From NCBI GenBank assembly GCA_964619395.1, contig CAZUEY010000001.1:7650-71649 (forward strand): a stretch of 64,000 nt of DNA, in the 5' to 3' direction. The position numbers were made by a program, and so were the translations under genes. Positions 28,487-37,402 of this stretch are shown here, piece after piece. The notes beneath the pieces are model-generated. The model was not told the DNA's origin and did no database searches. It worked only from the letters and a program-made list of their open reading frames with translations. Numbering within the stretch: position 1 is the first letter of the stretch; every line of letters begins with the position of its first letter. This DNA is from an uncultured Staphylococcus sp. (GTDB lineage: Bacteria > Bacteroidota > Bacteroidia > Bacteroidales > Muribaculaceae).

Positions 28487-30130
28487 TTAAAGTATTCTGG
28501 AGAGTTTTACTGCTTCGTTATGGTCGTTGAGATATAGAGGTTCTCTTGGCGTGTAGGATTTTGAAACCAGCGAAGCTGTGCTGTCAACAAGGGTAGTGCC
28601 GCCGACATTTATCCCGGCTATGTCGAGAATAGTAGGGCAGAAGGATCTGGAAGAGGAGATTACTCTTTTAATATTTGACTTTAATGCCTCTTCCTTCTCA
28701 GGATGTTCTTTGGCGTAACTGTTTGACAACCATACAACAAACGGGACATGCACCTGATGCATGGAAGGGCGAGGCGAAGCATGGAGGAAGTGACCGGATT
28801 CATCATCAAATATATCCTCCCCATGGTCTGAGGTGTAGAGTAAAACCGCTTTGTCTGAGGGTATTGATTCCAGACGCGAAATACACTCGGCTATCAGCTT
28901 GTCGGTCGACACGATAGAATTATCGTAGGCATTGATAAGTTTAGCTCTTTCAGCTTTTGAAGCCTCCGTGAAGTCCGTTGGGGAGAATTTTCTTTGCTGA
29001 TCATCGTATCGGTCGTTGTAATTAAAATGAGATCCATAGGTGTGTAGGATAATCAGCTGCTTTTTATGATTTGATGAAAGGACTTTGTCAAGGGAGGGGA
29101 GCAACGCAAGATCCGATTTCAATTGTGGAGCATAGTTGTCTGATTCTTTGACAAATATCGTAGAATCGCTTTCATCGGCAAAGAAGTCTATAAAGGAGCG
29201 GTTTCGTCTCTGATTTGAAATGAATACTGTGTTGAAGCCTGCTTCTTTGAAAGCTGTAACCAAACTCTTGGTTTTGTATATCTCATTTTCAAAATTTGTG
29301 GCATCAAGAGGGGAGAGGAGCATCGGGACACTCTTATGGGTAGTGTTGCTTTCGCTCAAACAGCTGTCGGCCACGAAAATATCTGTCCTACGTGAGAGAG
29401 CCGGGTTAGTATTCCGGCCATAACCCATAAGTTGCCAATTTGCTGCTCTGGATGTCTCTCCAATTATCAGCAGATATACTTCGCGATCATCGGCAGAGTG
29501 TGTTGTGGAGGCTTTATATTGAAAATTTCCTGATGAGGAGTGATAGTTTGCAGTCTTCACACTTCGATCTGCAGCGAGATAGATATTATAGAAGACATTG
29601 ATAGGATAGAGATCTCTCTTTATGCGGTAGTCGGAGTCGGTAATATATGTTTGTGTAAGCGAGATAACGCCCACAACAACAAGCCAACAGGCAATCTTAC
29701 GATTTATCCTTAAAAAGTTTGCCGGAAGATTGATTCCCTTTATCCAAAATATTGTTCCTCCAATAAGGAATGGAATATAGAGTATCACTACAAGAGCTAT
29801 CGAAGGCAGGAGGTTGCCTAACAGTTCCCCAACTTCTGTAGGATTGGTTGTTACAATGTTTAGAAACATGTCAACGGCTATCACACTACGTCCGTAGAGC
29901 CCTAACAATATTATCTGAAACGCTGCAAAAAACACAAAAGGAAACATCCACCAGATACTCCTTCCAAACTTTGGTGAGAGACACATCAGGAGGTAAAAGA
30001 CCGCAGCGGGGAGGAGTGTGTTAGTGATTGCTCCCCACACTGTCAGCTGTTCGGTGAACGAGAGGATGATGTTGGGAACCAGCAATACGGTTATAAAAAG
30101 ATAGAAAGATATTTTAGCGATTTTTACCAT
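28487..30130 (-). CDS. Phosphoethanolamine transferase (EptA/CptA family)
   Basis: N-terminal TM helices; 'IGETSRA', catalytic Thr in 'SNTTHKSVP', 'HTYGSH', 'YDNSI', 'YTSDHGE'. ATG at 30130 preferred over TTG at 30154. Confidence 0.9.
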   Translation of the reverse strand: MVKIAKISFYLFITVLLVPNIILSFTEQLTVWGAITNTLLPAAVFYLLMCLSPKFGRSIWWMFPFVFFAAFQIILLGLYGRSVIAVDMFLNIVTTNPTEVGELLGNLLPSIALVVILYIPFLIGGTIFWIKGINLPANFLRINRKIACWLVVVGVISLTQTYITDSDYRIKRDLYPINVFYNIYLAADRSVKTANYHSSSGNFQYKASTTHSADDREVYLLIIGETSRAANWQLMGYGRNTNPALSRRTDIFVADSCLSESNTTHKSVPMLLSPLDATNFENEIYKTKSLVTAFKEAGFNTVFISNQRRNRSFIDFFADESDSTIFVKESDNYAPQLKSDLALLPSLDKVLSSNHKKQLIILHTYGSHFNYNDRYDDQQRKFSPTDFTEASKAERAKLINAYDNSIVSTDKLIAECISRLESIPSDKAVLLYTSDHGEDIFDDESGHFLHASPRPSMHQVHVPFVVWLSNSYAKEHPEKEEALKSNIKRVISSSRSFCPTILDIAGINVGGTTLVDSTASLVSKSYTPREPLYLNDHNEAVKLSRIL

Positions 30131-30150
30131 GTTGCAACTTAAGGGAGTTA

Positions 30151-31305
30151 TCAAAATGCTTCGTTAAGGCCGAGAAGGAACCCGGTGGAGCGGCGACCTA
30201 TGCCAAAGTCTACCCTCACATTTGAATTCTTTTTAAATTCCCAGCGGTAGCCAATGCCGGTTTCGGGGAGAATCTTCTTAAACTGTAATCCTGAAAAGTT
30301 GTGGTAGACAGTGCCTATCCCGCACCAAACGGCCAATCCGGAACGGCGGTATAGATGTTGGCGCAGTTCCACTGTAAGATCGGTTTCGCATTTGTCGCGG
30401 TAGCGCCCTTCGTAGTATGCACGCATGGAGTTTCCGCCCAGCAGGGGGAGTTTGTTCCAAGGCGTCTTTCCGATGGTGAACACCGAGTGAAAGCGTGTGG
30501 CAAGTACTCCATTGTGCCAGATAGGTAGATAACGATTGAATGAGAGCTCGGTTTTGGTATAGTGGTGTCTTCCGTTGCCCAAAATCGATGGTGAAAAGAT
30601 TTGTGAGAAGTCCACTAAAGCTCCCCGATGCGGATAGGTGAGATTATCGCGTCTGTCATAGAGAAGATAGCCTCCGACCGACAGGTTGAATATCCGATGC
30701 TGCTGTCCTTCCCAAAGTATATAGTTAGCTGCGTCAGAAGCAAGCGTGTAGCCGGCTTCAATTGCGGGACCAATAAACACCGCAGGCGCTACCTTCCATT
30801 CGTAGTCTACTTTAAGGTTTACGTCAAGTAACTGATATTTAGTTTTATTAGCGTCATTATAAGCGTTGTTGTAACCAATGCCCCAGAAGTAGGTGGAAAA
30901 GGATTGAAATCTCAAAGTGTAGTTCAGACGGCGGGAATTGTTGGGGAAAACATGGTTGCCGCAAATTCCTATTGAGTAGTAACCCTTAGAACCCACATCA
31001 CCGACAAGTGATATGTTGGAGATCGGCAGTAAGGAATCCTCCGGACAGGTTGAGTAATTTCCTGCAATTACTATCCCGAGTCCTATTCCTTTCTCAGATG
31101 AGTAGTGTGGTCCTCCCAGGGGTGTGAAATTGGGGCGCCTTGTGATGGCGCGTTTATTAGACTTGTCAAAGTAATCTATCACACGGCCCACAAGATTCTT
31201 CTTCATTGCCAATGAGTCATTTCCATCAGCATATGCCGCTTCGGGGAGTATGATCGCTGCCAGTGTTAGCAGTGTGAGTGACAGAGTCTGATAGATTCTA
31301 TTCAT
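30151..31305 (-). CDS. Omp85/BamA-TamA family outer-membrane barrel protein with no evident POTRA domains
   Basis: Signal peptide; 'YDRRDN..YPHRG', 'MRAYYEGRYRD', 'GIGYRWEFK', C-terminal '...LNEAF'; only 384 aa. Confidence 0.8.
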   Translation of the reverse strand: MNRIYQTLSLTLLTLAAIILPEAAYADGNDSLAMKKNLVGRVIDYFDKSNKRAITRRPNFTPLGGPHYSSEKGIGLGIVIAGNYSTCPEDSLLPISNISLVGDVGSKGYYSIGICGNHVFPNNSRRLNYTLRFQSFSTYFWGIGYNNAYNDANKTKYQLLDVNLKVDYEWKVAPAVFIGPAIEAGYTLASDAANYILWEGQQHRIFNLSVGGYLLYDRRDNLTYPHRGALVDFSQIFSPSILGNGRHHYTKTELSFNRYLPIWHNGVLATRFHSVFTIGKTPWNKLPLLGGNSMRAYYEGRYRDKCETDLTVELRQHLYRRSGLAVWCGIGTVYHNFSGLQFKKILPETGIGYRWEFKKNSNVRVDFGIGRRSTGFLLGLNEAF

Positions 31306-31329
31306 GGAGTCAAGGTGTAGGGAAGGGGT

Positions 31330-32082
31330 TTATCCGATTTTTGTAATAGCAAGAGAGTAAACACTGATACGGGTTGAGGGTGAAAGTGCCTTTATGGCAG
31401 TTATGCATGAGAGAAGCGTGGCGCCCGTGGTGATCACGTCATCCAGGAGCAACACATGTCGGTTTTCAATAATTTCTTTAAATTTTTCCCGTAGTGAATA
31501 GATCTTTTGGACATTCTTGAGTCGCTCATGCGGATTCTTTCTCGTCTGGGTAGGATGGTAGGCTGCTTTAAGTGCGTTAATAACAGGAATACCGGTCACA
31601 GATGATAAGCCTGAAGCTATCCGTTCGGCCTGATTGTAACCCCTCGTGATGAGTTTGAGATAATGGAGAGGCACGGGGATAATGTAATCGATTCCGTCGA
31701 AAAATCCTGTTGTTATCAGCTCCTCGGCATGCTCAGCCGATAAGGTCTGACCTACGGATGGTCTGCCGTGGTATTTTGTATCTATTATTATTGCCTTAAA
31801 TGGGGATTCACGGAAATAATAGAAAAGAGAGGTAGCCTTTTCAATAGGTAGACCAATTGACATAAGGCGCTCATGGATAATATTGGGGGATTGGGTATGA
31901 AGATTAGTCCGTGGAAGGTCAACAAGGCAATGGAGACATAGATGCTTTTCTCCTTGGATTAGAGTGCGGTGGCAAACTGTGCATAGATTCGGGAACACTA
32001 CATTGTAGAGCCCTTCAAGCCACGGCATTGCGTTTCTGCTCAAAGAAGTTAAAGTGTTCCTTAATCCATTGGTGAATCCCAT
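31330..32082 (-). CDS. comF: ComF family amidophosphoribosyltransferase-like protein
   Basis: CxxC...CxxC zinc motif, 'PVPLH', 'RGYNQA', 'LLDDVITTGAT'. Confidence 0.9.
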   Translation of the reverse strand: MGFTNGLRNTLTSLSRNAMPWLEGLYNVVFPNLCTVCHRTLIQGEKHLCLHCLVDLPRTNLHTQSPNIIHERLMSIGLPIEKATSLFYYFRESPFKAIIIDTKYHGRPSVGQTLSAEHAEELITTGFFDGIDYIIPVPLHYLKLITRGYNQAERIASGLSSVTGIPVINALKAAYHPTQTRKNPHERLKNVQKIYSLREKFKEIIENRHVLLLDDVITTGATLLSCITAIKALSPSTRISVYSLAITKIG

Positions 32083-32086
32083 AGAG

Positions 32087-32575
32087 TCAGCGGTCTTCGG
32101 TTTTCTTAAGGTTGCGTATGATCTCTGAAATCAAACTATATTCAAATCCCCGCGAGAGTGCATGTTTTATTACTTTTATCTTCTCTTCGCGTGTGAGAGG
32201 TGAAGATCGGAATGAAGAAGCTTTCGCGCGGACAACTCGCTCTGCAATGCTTCGATATTCCTCATCATCAAATTCTTCAAATGCTTCAGTTATCAGCTCC
32301 CTTGGAATTCTTTTCAGCATCAAGGCTTGATAGATCTTTTTCTTTCCCCAACCATTATAGCAAAGTTTGTCGTGAGCGTATGCTCTTGCGAATCTCCGAT
32401 CATCGACAAACCTATATTCCCGCAGCTTCCCAATGACCCTATCAATATCTACTTGGGTCAAGCCCCAGCGATGCAATTTCTGAATAAGGTCGAAACTGCA
32501 CTGTTCGCTTGCCGAGCATAGGGTTGCTAAACGGTTAAGCGCATTCTCGTAAGTGATAGGGGGCTTGGAACGCAT
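32087..32575 (-). CDS. recX: Recombination regulator RecX
   Basis: 'LCSASEQC', 'FVDDRRFARAY', 'WGKKKI', 'SRGFEY'. The ATG at 32575 avoids overlap with prmC. Confidence 0.88.
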   Translation of the reverse strand: MRSKPPITYENALNRLATLCSASEQCSFDLIQKLHRWGLTQVDIDRVIGKLREYRFVDDRRFARAYAHDKLCYNGWGKKKIYQALMLKRIPRELITEAFEEFDDEEYRSIAERVVRAKASSFRSSPLTREEKIKVIKHALSRGFEYSLISEIIRNLKKTEDR

Positions 32576-32580
32576 CGCGG

Positions 32581-33426
32581 TCACTTTATTGCTCTCATGA
32601 ATCGGTTTTTCCCATACATATCGCGGACTATCTCGATATCCTTCCAACCCATCGCAACCATTGAATCTGATACCTCTTTGGCAGTCAGTGGATTGAGCTC
32701 AAAATAGAGCTTTCCTCCATCCCTCAGCGCTGAGAGGGAATATTTAGCGATTGCCGTGTAGAAGCGGATGGAGTCACTATCATGGACAAAGAGTGCTGAT
32801 GGCGGCTCGTAGTCGAGTACATTGGATGCCATCTCCGCTTTTTCACTTTCCAAAACGTAAGGGGGATTTGAGACAATGATATCAAACGATTCCGGCTGTG
32901 GGTGGAGAGTCAGCACATCTGATTCCGAAAAGTTGATTTTCACCTTGTTTAAAGTTGCATTTTCGGCGGCGATCTTCAAAGCCGCAGGGGAGATGTCGAT
33001 GGCATTAACTTTGGCAAATCTCAACTCCTTTGCCAGCGCAACCGCAATGCAGCCCGATCCGGTGCAAAGATCCATTACTCTTAGATCAGATTGAGGGTTC
33101 TCCTTGACAATGATGTCAACAAGCTGTGAGGTTTCAGGTCGTGGTATAAGTACATCTGGCGTAACCTTCAATCGCAGCCCATGCCAATAGGTCTCTCCAA
33201 AAATGTATTGTATAGGCTTGAATACCTCAAGATCGTTCACAATCTCCGCCACTCTCCCCTCGGTAAACTCTGAGATTTCATCACCCTTTTTCAGGATGAT
33301 GTCGACTTGATTCCACCCTTTGAGGTGCTCAAATATGGTCCGGATAAGCCAGTCGGACTCCCCCGGACCATAAAGATGGTCGAGTCTTGCATGCAAGTTC
33401 GCTATGAGTTCACCGAGAGTTGCCAC
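32581..33426 (-). CDS. prmC: Release factor glutamine methyltransferase
   Basis: 'PIQYIFG', 'VLIPRPET', 'DLCTGSGCIA', 'SNPPY'. The GTG at 33426 avoids overlap with the upstream gene. Confidence 0.93.
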   Translation of the reverse strand: MATLGELIANLHARLDHLYGPGESDWLIRTIFEHLKGWNQVDIILKKGDEISEFTEGRVAEIVNDLEVFKPIQYIFGETYWHGLRLKVTPDVLIPRPETSQLVDIIVKENPQSDLRVMDLCTGSGCIAVALAKELRFAKVNAIDISPAALKIAAENATLNKVKINFSESDVLTLHPQPESFDIIVSNPPYVLESEKAEMASNVLDYEPPSALFVHDSDSIRFYTAIAKYSLSALRDGGKLYFELNPLTAKEVSDSMVAMGWKDIEIVRDMYGKNRFMRAIK

Positions 33427-33433
33427 TTCAGGA

Positions 33434-34372
33434 TTACCTTTTTGTGTAGATTTTGATGTTGTCAATAGCAAGATAGGCAGGTGTGTTGAGCCCCCATTCG
33501 CTTGCATCAGAGCCTTCAAAGTTAAACACCACACGGTTGACTGCTCCGAGAGCCGAAAGATCCCAATCTTCCCAGTCATCCTCAATGGCTTGAACAGGGC
33601 CGTTCTGTGAATAATTGCAAATAGTGTACTCTACGGGACGACCGCCATTTGTCATTTTTCCGGAGGCGTCGTAACCATAGGCGTAAGCCTTAAACCATCC
33701 CTTGGTTGTGGAAAGGGGGCTTGAAAACGCATTTCCTTTTGTGATGACGCCATATACGTATGAGGTGTTGCAGATTTCAATTTCTCCAATAGTATATTCA
33801 GCATTGTTCTCAAAACAAAATCCTCCGAGTTTTGTCTCTGAGCCTAAGCCAAACGTTGTGGCCATCTCTGAAGAATTACAGCACCCATTGACTATGGCAA
33901 AGGTATTTGATTTGTTGGCTCCGGCTCCCATATTTGAGCCGTCGAACGAATCGGTGTTGTAGACACTGCACTGATTTAGATATGAATACCACCAATCGTC
34001 GGTCTTTTCAGCAGGGTTCGACCGGTAATTGAATGAGGAGAGGAACATTCCACCATTGTATAGTGTAGGAGTGCCGGGGAAATAACCGGTGGTGTTGAGT
34101 CCGAATGTTATCCCATCTCTTCCTTGATTGAAACTAACAGTTCCGGATATAAATTTCGCACCTCCCGTATAGTCAGAATACAGGTTTTCACCTTCTGAAG
34201 TGGGGCCGGCTAAGATGTTATTGCTATGTTCGAAAGTGATAAGGCCAATTTGTTCGTAACCTTTGAGGGGGTCGTTGTCACCATCGTTGTCGTTGTCATC
34301 GCTGCAAGCTGTGGTTAGAGCAAATATGCTGACACCGGCTGCAAGATAAAAGAGTTTGTGATTGAAATACAT
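33434..34372 (-). CDS. DUF4465-domain surface lipoprotein
   Basis: Lipobox 'LTTAC' followed by acidic 'SDDNDNDGD'; 'ICNTSYVY...GNAF', 'WEDWDLSALG', 'WGLNTPAYLAIDNI'. Confidence 0.8.
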   Translation of the reverse strand: MYFNHKLFYLAAGVSIFALTTACSDDNDNDGDNDPLKGYEQIGLITFEHSNNILAGPTSEGENLYSDYTGGAKFISGTVSFNQGRDGITFGLNTTGYFPGTPTLYNGGMFLSSFNYRSNPAEKTDDWWYSYLNQCSVYNTDSFDGSNMGAGANKSNTFAIVNGCCNSSEMATTFGLGSETKLGGFCFENNAEYTIGEIEICNTSYVYGVITKGNAFSSPLSTTKGWFKAYAYGYDASGKMTNGGRPVEYTICNYSQNGPVQAIEDDWEDWDLSALGAVNRVVFNFEGSDASEWGLNTPAYLAIDNIKIYTKR

Positions 34373-34400
34373 AGTATTGTAGTATTCTGTTAATATTATT

Positions 34401-35621
34401 TTAGTTAGTTGATTGTGAGTAAATGGGCAACTCTATCAGAAAAGTGGTTCCGACACCAATTTCAGATTTTTTCACATAGATACTACCCTTGTGATATTCT
34501 TCGATTATTCTTTTGGTGAGAGTGAGTCCAAGCCCCCAGCCACGTTTTTTGGTGGTAAACCCGGGATTGAAGATCGCTTTCTGATTTTTTTTCGCAATAC
34601 CTTTTCCGGTATCGGTCACTTCTATCTGGACCTTGTCTTTAGTTCTGAAAATTGTGATAGTGATGCTACCGCTACCCTCCATGGCATCTACTGCATTCTT
34701 AATAAGATTCTCCATCACCCATTCCATTAGAGGAGCTGAAAGCATCACTTTAAGATTCTCTTTTGATGGATTGAATTTAAGGGATATACGACTTGAAATT
34801 CTCGATGCCATATAGTCGGCTGAGCGCATCACAATATCGTTGATATCTTCAACTTCCATTGTAGGGCAGGAGCCAATTTTAGAAAATCTCGATGCTATTG
34901 TGGAAAGCCTCTTGACATCTTTATTCATTTCGCGCACAGTTTCCGGTGAAACGCCTTCGTCTTCAAGGAGTTCCATCCAGGCCATAAGCGAGGAGATTGG
35001 GGTGCCGAGTTGATGGGCGGTCTCTTTCGAGAGACCTACCCACACCTTGTTTTGTTCCGCTCGTTTTGTGGAGGAGACGGCATAGTAGACGATAAGCACA
35101 AATGCCAACAACACGAGCACTTGCACGTAGGGATACAAGCTCAAACTTTTAAGTACTTGAGAGTCTTCATAGTAGAGATGTTGACTCCCGTATTCTCCCA
35201 AATCAATATCGATTGAGTTGGATGAATGGCGTAGTGACTCGTATTTCGAATTCAAGTAACTAAGATTTACCTCACTGAGGGCGAGGGGGGAGGTAGAGTC
35301 AATCGGCTCGGGAAGATTGAAGTTTCTTTGCATGATTATCTCCCCCCGGTCATCAGTCAGAAGCACCGGGATGGTGCGGTTGCGTTCTATAATCGAAAGC
35401 AGGAAGTCTACATTAGAGATTCCTCCACCTTCGTCAGAGGTTCCGAAGTTAGCCAGTTCCCTTGTCGCATCGGCCCATATCTGCATCCTTTCTCTCTCCT
35501 GTCTCGAAAGATCTTTGACAAGTGAGTCAGAATAAAAAAGAAATACGCCGACAACCACCACCGACAGGAGTAGAAAGCCGATGATGCCTCTGCGGCGTAT
35601 ATCGTAGATATTTGCTGTCAA
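34401..35621 (-). CDS. Orphan membrane sensor histidine kinase
   Basis: Two TM segments; H-box 'ETAHQLGTP', N-box 'ENLIKNAVDA', G boxes 'DTGKGI' and 'GWGLGL'; no adjacent response regulator. Confidence 0.92.
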   Translation of the reverse strand: MTANIYDIRRRGIIGFLLLSVVVVGVFLFYSDSLVKDLSRQERERMQIWADATRELANFGTSDEGGGISNVDFLLSIIERNRTIPVLLTDDRGEIIMQRNFNLPEPIDSTSPLALSEVNLSYLNSKYESLRHSSNSIDIDLGEYGSQHLYYEDSQVLKSLSLYPYVQVLVLLAFVLIVYYAVSSTKRAEQNKVWVGLSKETAHQLGTPISSLMAWMELLEDEGVSPETVREMNKDVKRLSTIASRFSKIGSCPTMEVEDINDIVMRSADYMASRISSRISLKFNPSKENLKVMLSAPLMEWVMENLIKNAVDAMEGSGSITITIFRTKDKVQIEVTDTGKGIAKKNQKAIFNPGFTTKKRGWGLGLTLTKRIIEEYHKGSIYVKKSEIGVGTTFLIELPIYSQSTN

Positions 35622-35650
35622 ACTATTGGGAAGAGACAGGGAATCAGAAC

Positions 35651-37306
35651 TTAATGATTATCGGTAAGCCCACAAGCGGCACATCGGTTTGAGATCTCTG
35701 TAAAGAAATCATTCCCTTTATCGTCTACCAAAATGAAAGCTGGGAAATCCTCAACTTCGATCTTCCAGATAGCCTCCATGCCAAGTTCAGGGTATTCAAG
35801 GAGTTCTACCTTTTTGATGCTGTTTTGGGCAAGGATTGCAGCCGGACCTCCAATGGATCCGAGATAGAATCCTCCATGTTTCTTGCAGGCATCTGTGACC
35901 TGTTTGCTACGGTTGCCCTTAGCAATCATCACCATTGATCCGCCGGCATCCTGGAATTGGTCTACATAGGGATCCATACGTCCGGCTGTTGTGGGACCGA
36001 ACGACCCTGAAGGCATCCCTTCCGGGGTCTTGGCGGGGCCTGCATAGTAAATGGGATGGTTCTTAAGATATTCAGGCATTGGCTCCCCCTTGTCGAGGCG
36101 CTCCTTGATTTTTGCATGGGCTATATCTCGACCTACTATGATTGTACCGTTAAGCGACAGGCGTGTTGATACAGGATATTTGGTGAGTTCAGCGAGAATC
36201 TCTTCCATGGGTCTGTTAAGATCGATCTTCACGGCATTACCTTCGCCGGCTTTACGATATTCTTCAGGGATAAGTTCGCCGGGATTGCTGTCAAGTTTCT
36301 CAATCCAGATGCCATCTTTGTTGATCTTAGCCTTGATGTTTCTATCGGCTGAGCATGAAACACCTACACCTACGGGGCATGAAGCTCCATGGCGGGGGAG
36401 GCGGATCACACGGATGTCGTGAGCAAAATACTTTCCACCGAACTGAGCCCCGAATCCAATCTTTTCAGCCTCCTTTTTAAGGGTATCTTCAAGTTCTACA
36501 TCGCGGAAAGCATGTCCCAACTCATTGCCTTTTGTCGGGAGTGAGTCGTAGTATTTGACGGAAGCCTTCTTAACGGTCTCAAGATTTTTTTCGGCAGAAG
36601 TACCGCCAATCACGAAAGCAATATGATAAGGGGGGCACGCCGCAGTGCCCAGACTTTTCATCTTCTCAACCAGGAAGGGGACAAGAGTTTTGGGGTTGAG
36701 GATAGCCTTGGTTTCCTGAAATAAATAAGTCTTATTGGCGGAGCCGCCACCCTTTGCGACAAAGAGGAATTTATATTCATCTCCTTCAGTGGCGTGAATA
36801 TCGATCTGAGCGGGGAGATTGCAACCGGTGTTCACCTCGTCATACATTGTCAGGGGCGCGTTTTGGGAGTAACGCAGGTTGTCAGTTGTATAGGTAAGAT
36901 ATATACCTTTGCTGATTTTCTCTTCATCGTTGCCTCCGGTATAGACGTTTTGTCCCTTTTCAGCATGGCAAATTGCTGTGCCGGTGTCCTGACAGAATGG
37001 AAGGGCTCCCTTGGAGGCAACTTCCGCGTTGCGTAGCATTGTTAGAGCTACAAACTTGTCATTTTCAGAGGCTTCAGGATCAGTAAGGATTTTGGCAACC
37101 ATCTCGTTGTGTTCGCGGCGCAACATGAATGCATTGTCGTGGGAGCAGGTGCGTGCCACCAACGTCAAGGCTTCGGGGTCGATAACAAGAAAGTCATGTC
37201 CTCCCCAGTTTTCAACTTTGACATAGTCAGAAGTCAATTTATAGTATTCTGTGGTATCAGGACCAAGTGGAAACATCTCCTGATATTTAAAGGGTTTTGT
37301 CGCCAT
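35651..37306 (-). CDS. fumA: Class I (Fe-S) fumarate hydratase
   Basis: 'CQDTGT', 'KGGGSANK', 'ACPPYH', 'GPTTAGRMD'; TAAATTTG on minus at 37351-37358. Confidence 0.93.
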   Translation of the reverse strand: MATKPFKYQEMFPLGPDTTEYYKLTSDYVKVENWGGHDFLVIDPEALTLVARTCSHDNAFMLRREHNEMVAKILTDPEASENDKFVALTMLRNAEVASKGALPFCQDTGTAICHAEKGQNVYTGGNDEEKISKGIYLTYTTDNLRYSQNAPLTMYDEVNTGCNLPAQIDIHATEGDEYKFLFVAKGGGSANKTYLFQETKAILNPKTLVPFLVEKMKSLGTAACPPYHIAFVIGGTSAEKNLETVKKASVKYYDSLPTKGNELGHAFRDVELEDTLKKEAEKIGFGAQFGGKYFAHDIRVIRLPRHGASCPVGVGVSCSADRNIKAKINKDGIWIEKLDSNPGELIPEEYRKAGEGNAVKIDLNRPMEEILAELTKYPVSTRLSLNGTIIVGRDIAHAKIKERLDKGEPMPEYLKNHPIYYAGPAKTPEGMPSGSFGPTTAGRMDPYVDQFQDAGGSMVMIAKGNRSKQVTDACKKHGGFYLGSIGGPAAILAQNSIKKVELLEYPELGMEAIWKIEVEDFPAFILVDDKGNDFFTEISNRCAACGLTDNH

Positions 37307-37402
37307 TATGTTATGAATTTAACGTTTTAGATGCGTGAATAAAGTTGTCACAAATTTACAACTAAATTTTATTTTTGCCAATAGAGATTAGTCAATCGGG
37401 TC

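Noticed and set aside
32581-33585. Long N-terminal extensions from the ORF track (prmC, recX, purT, lplA, menD, mutS2, TrmH, NlpC/P60)
   Set aside because: The upstream starts overlap neighbouring genes or fall in promoter regions; downstream starts give family-typical N-termini.
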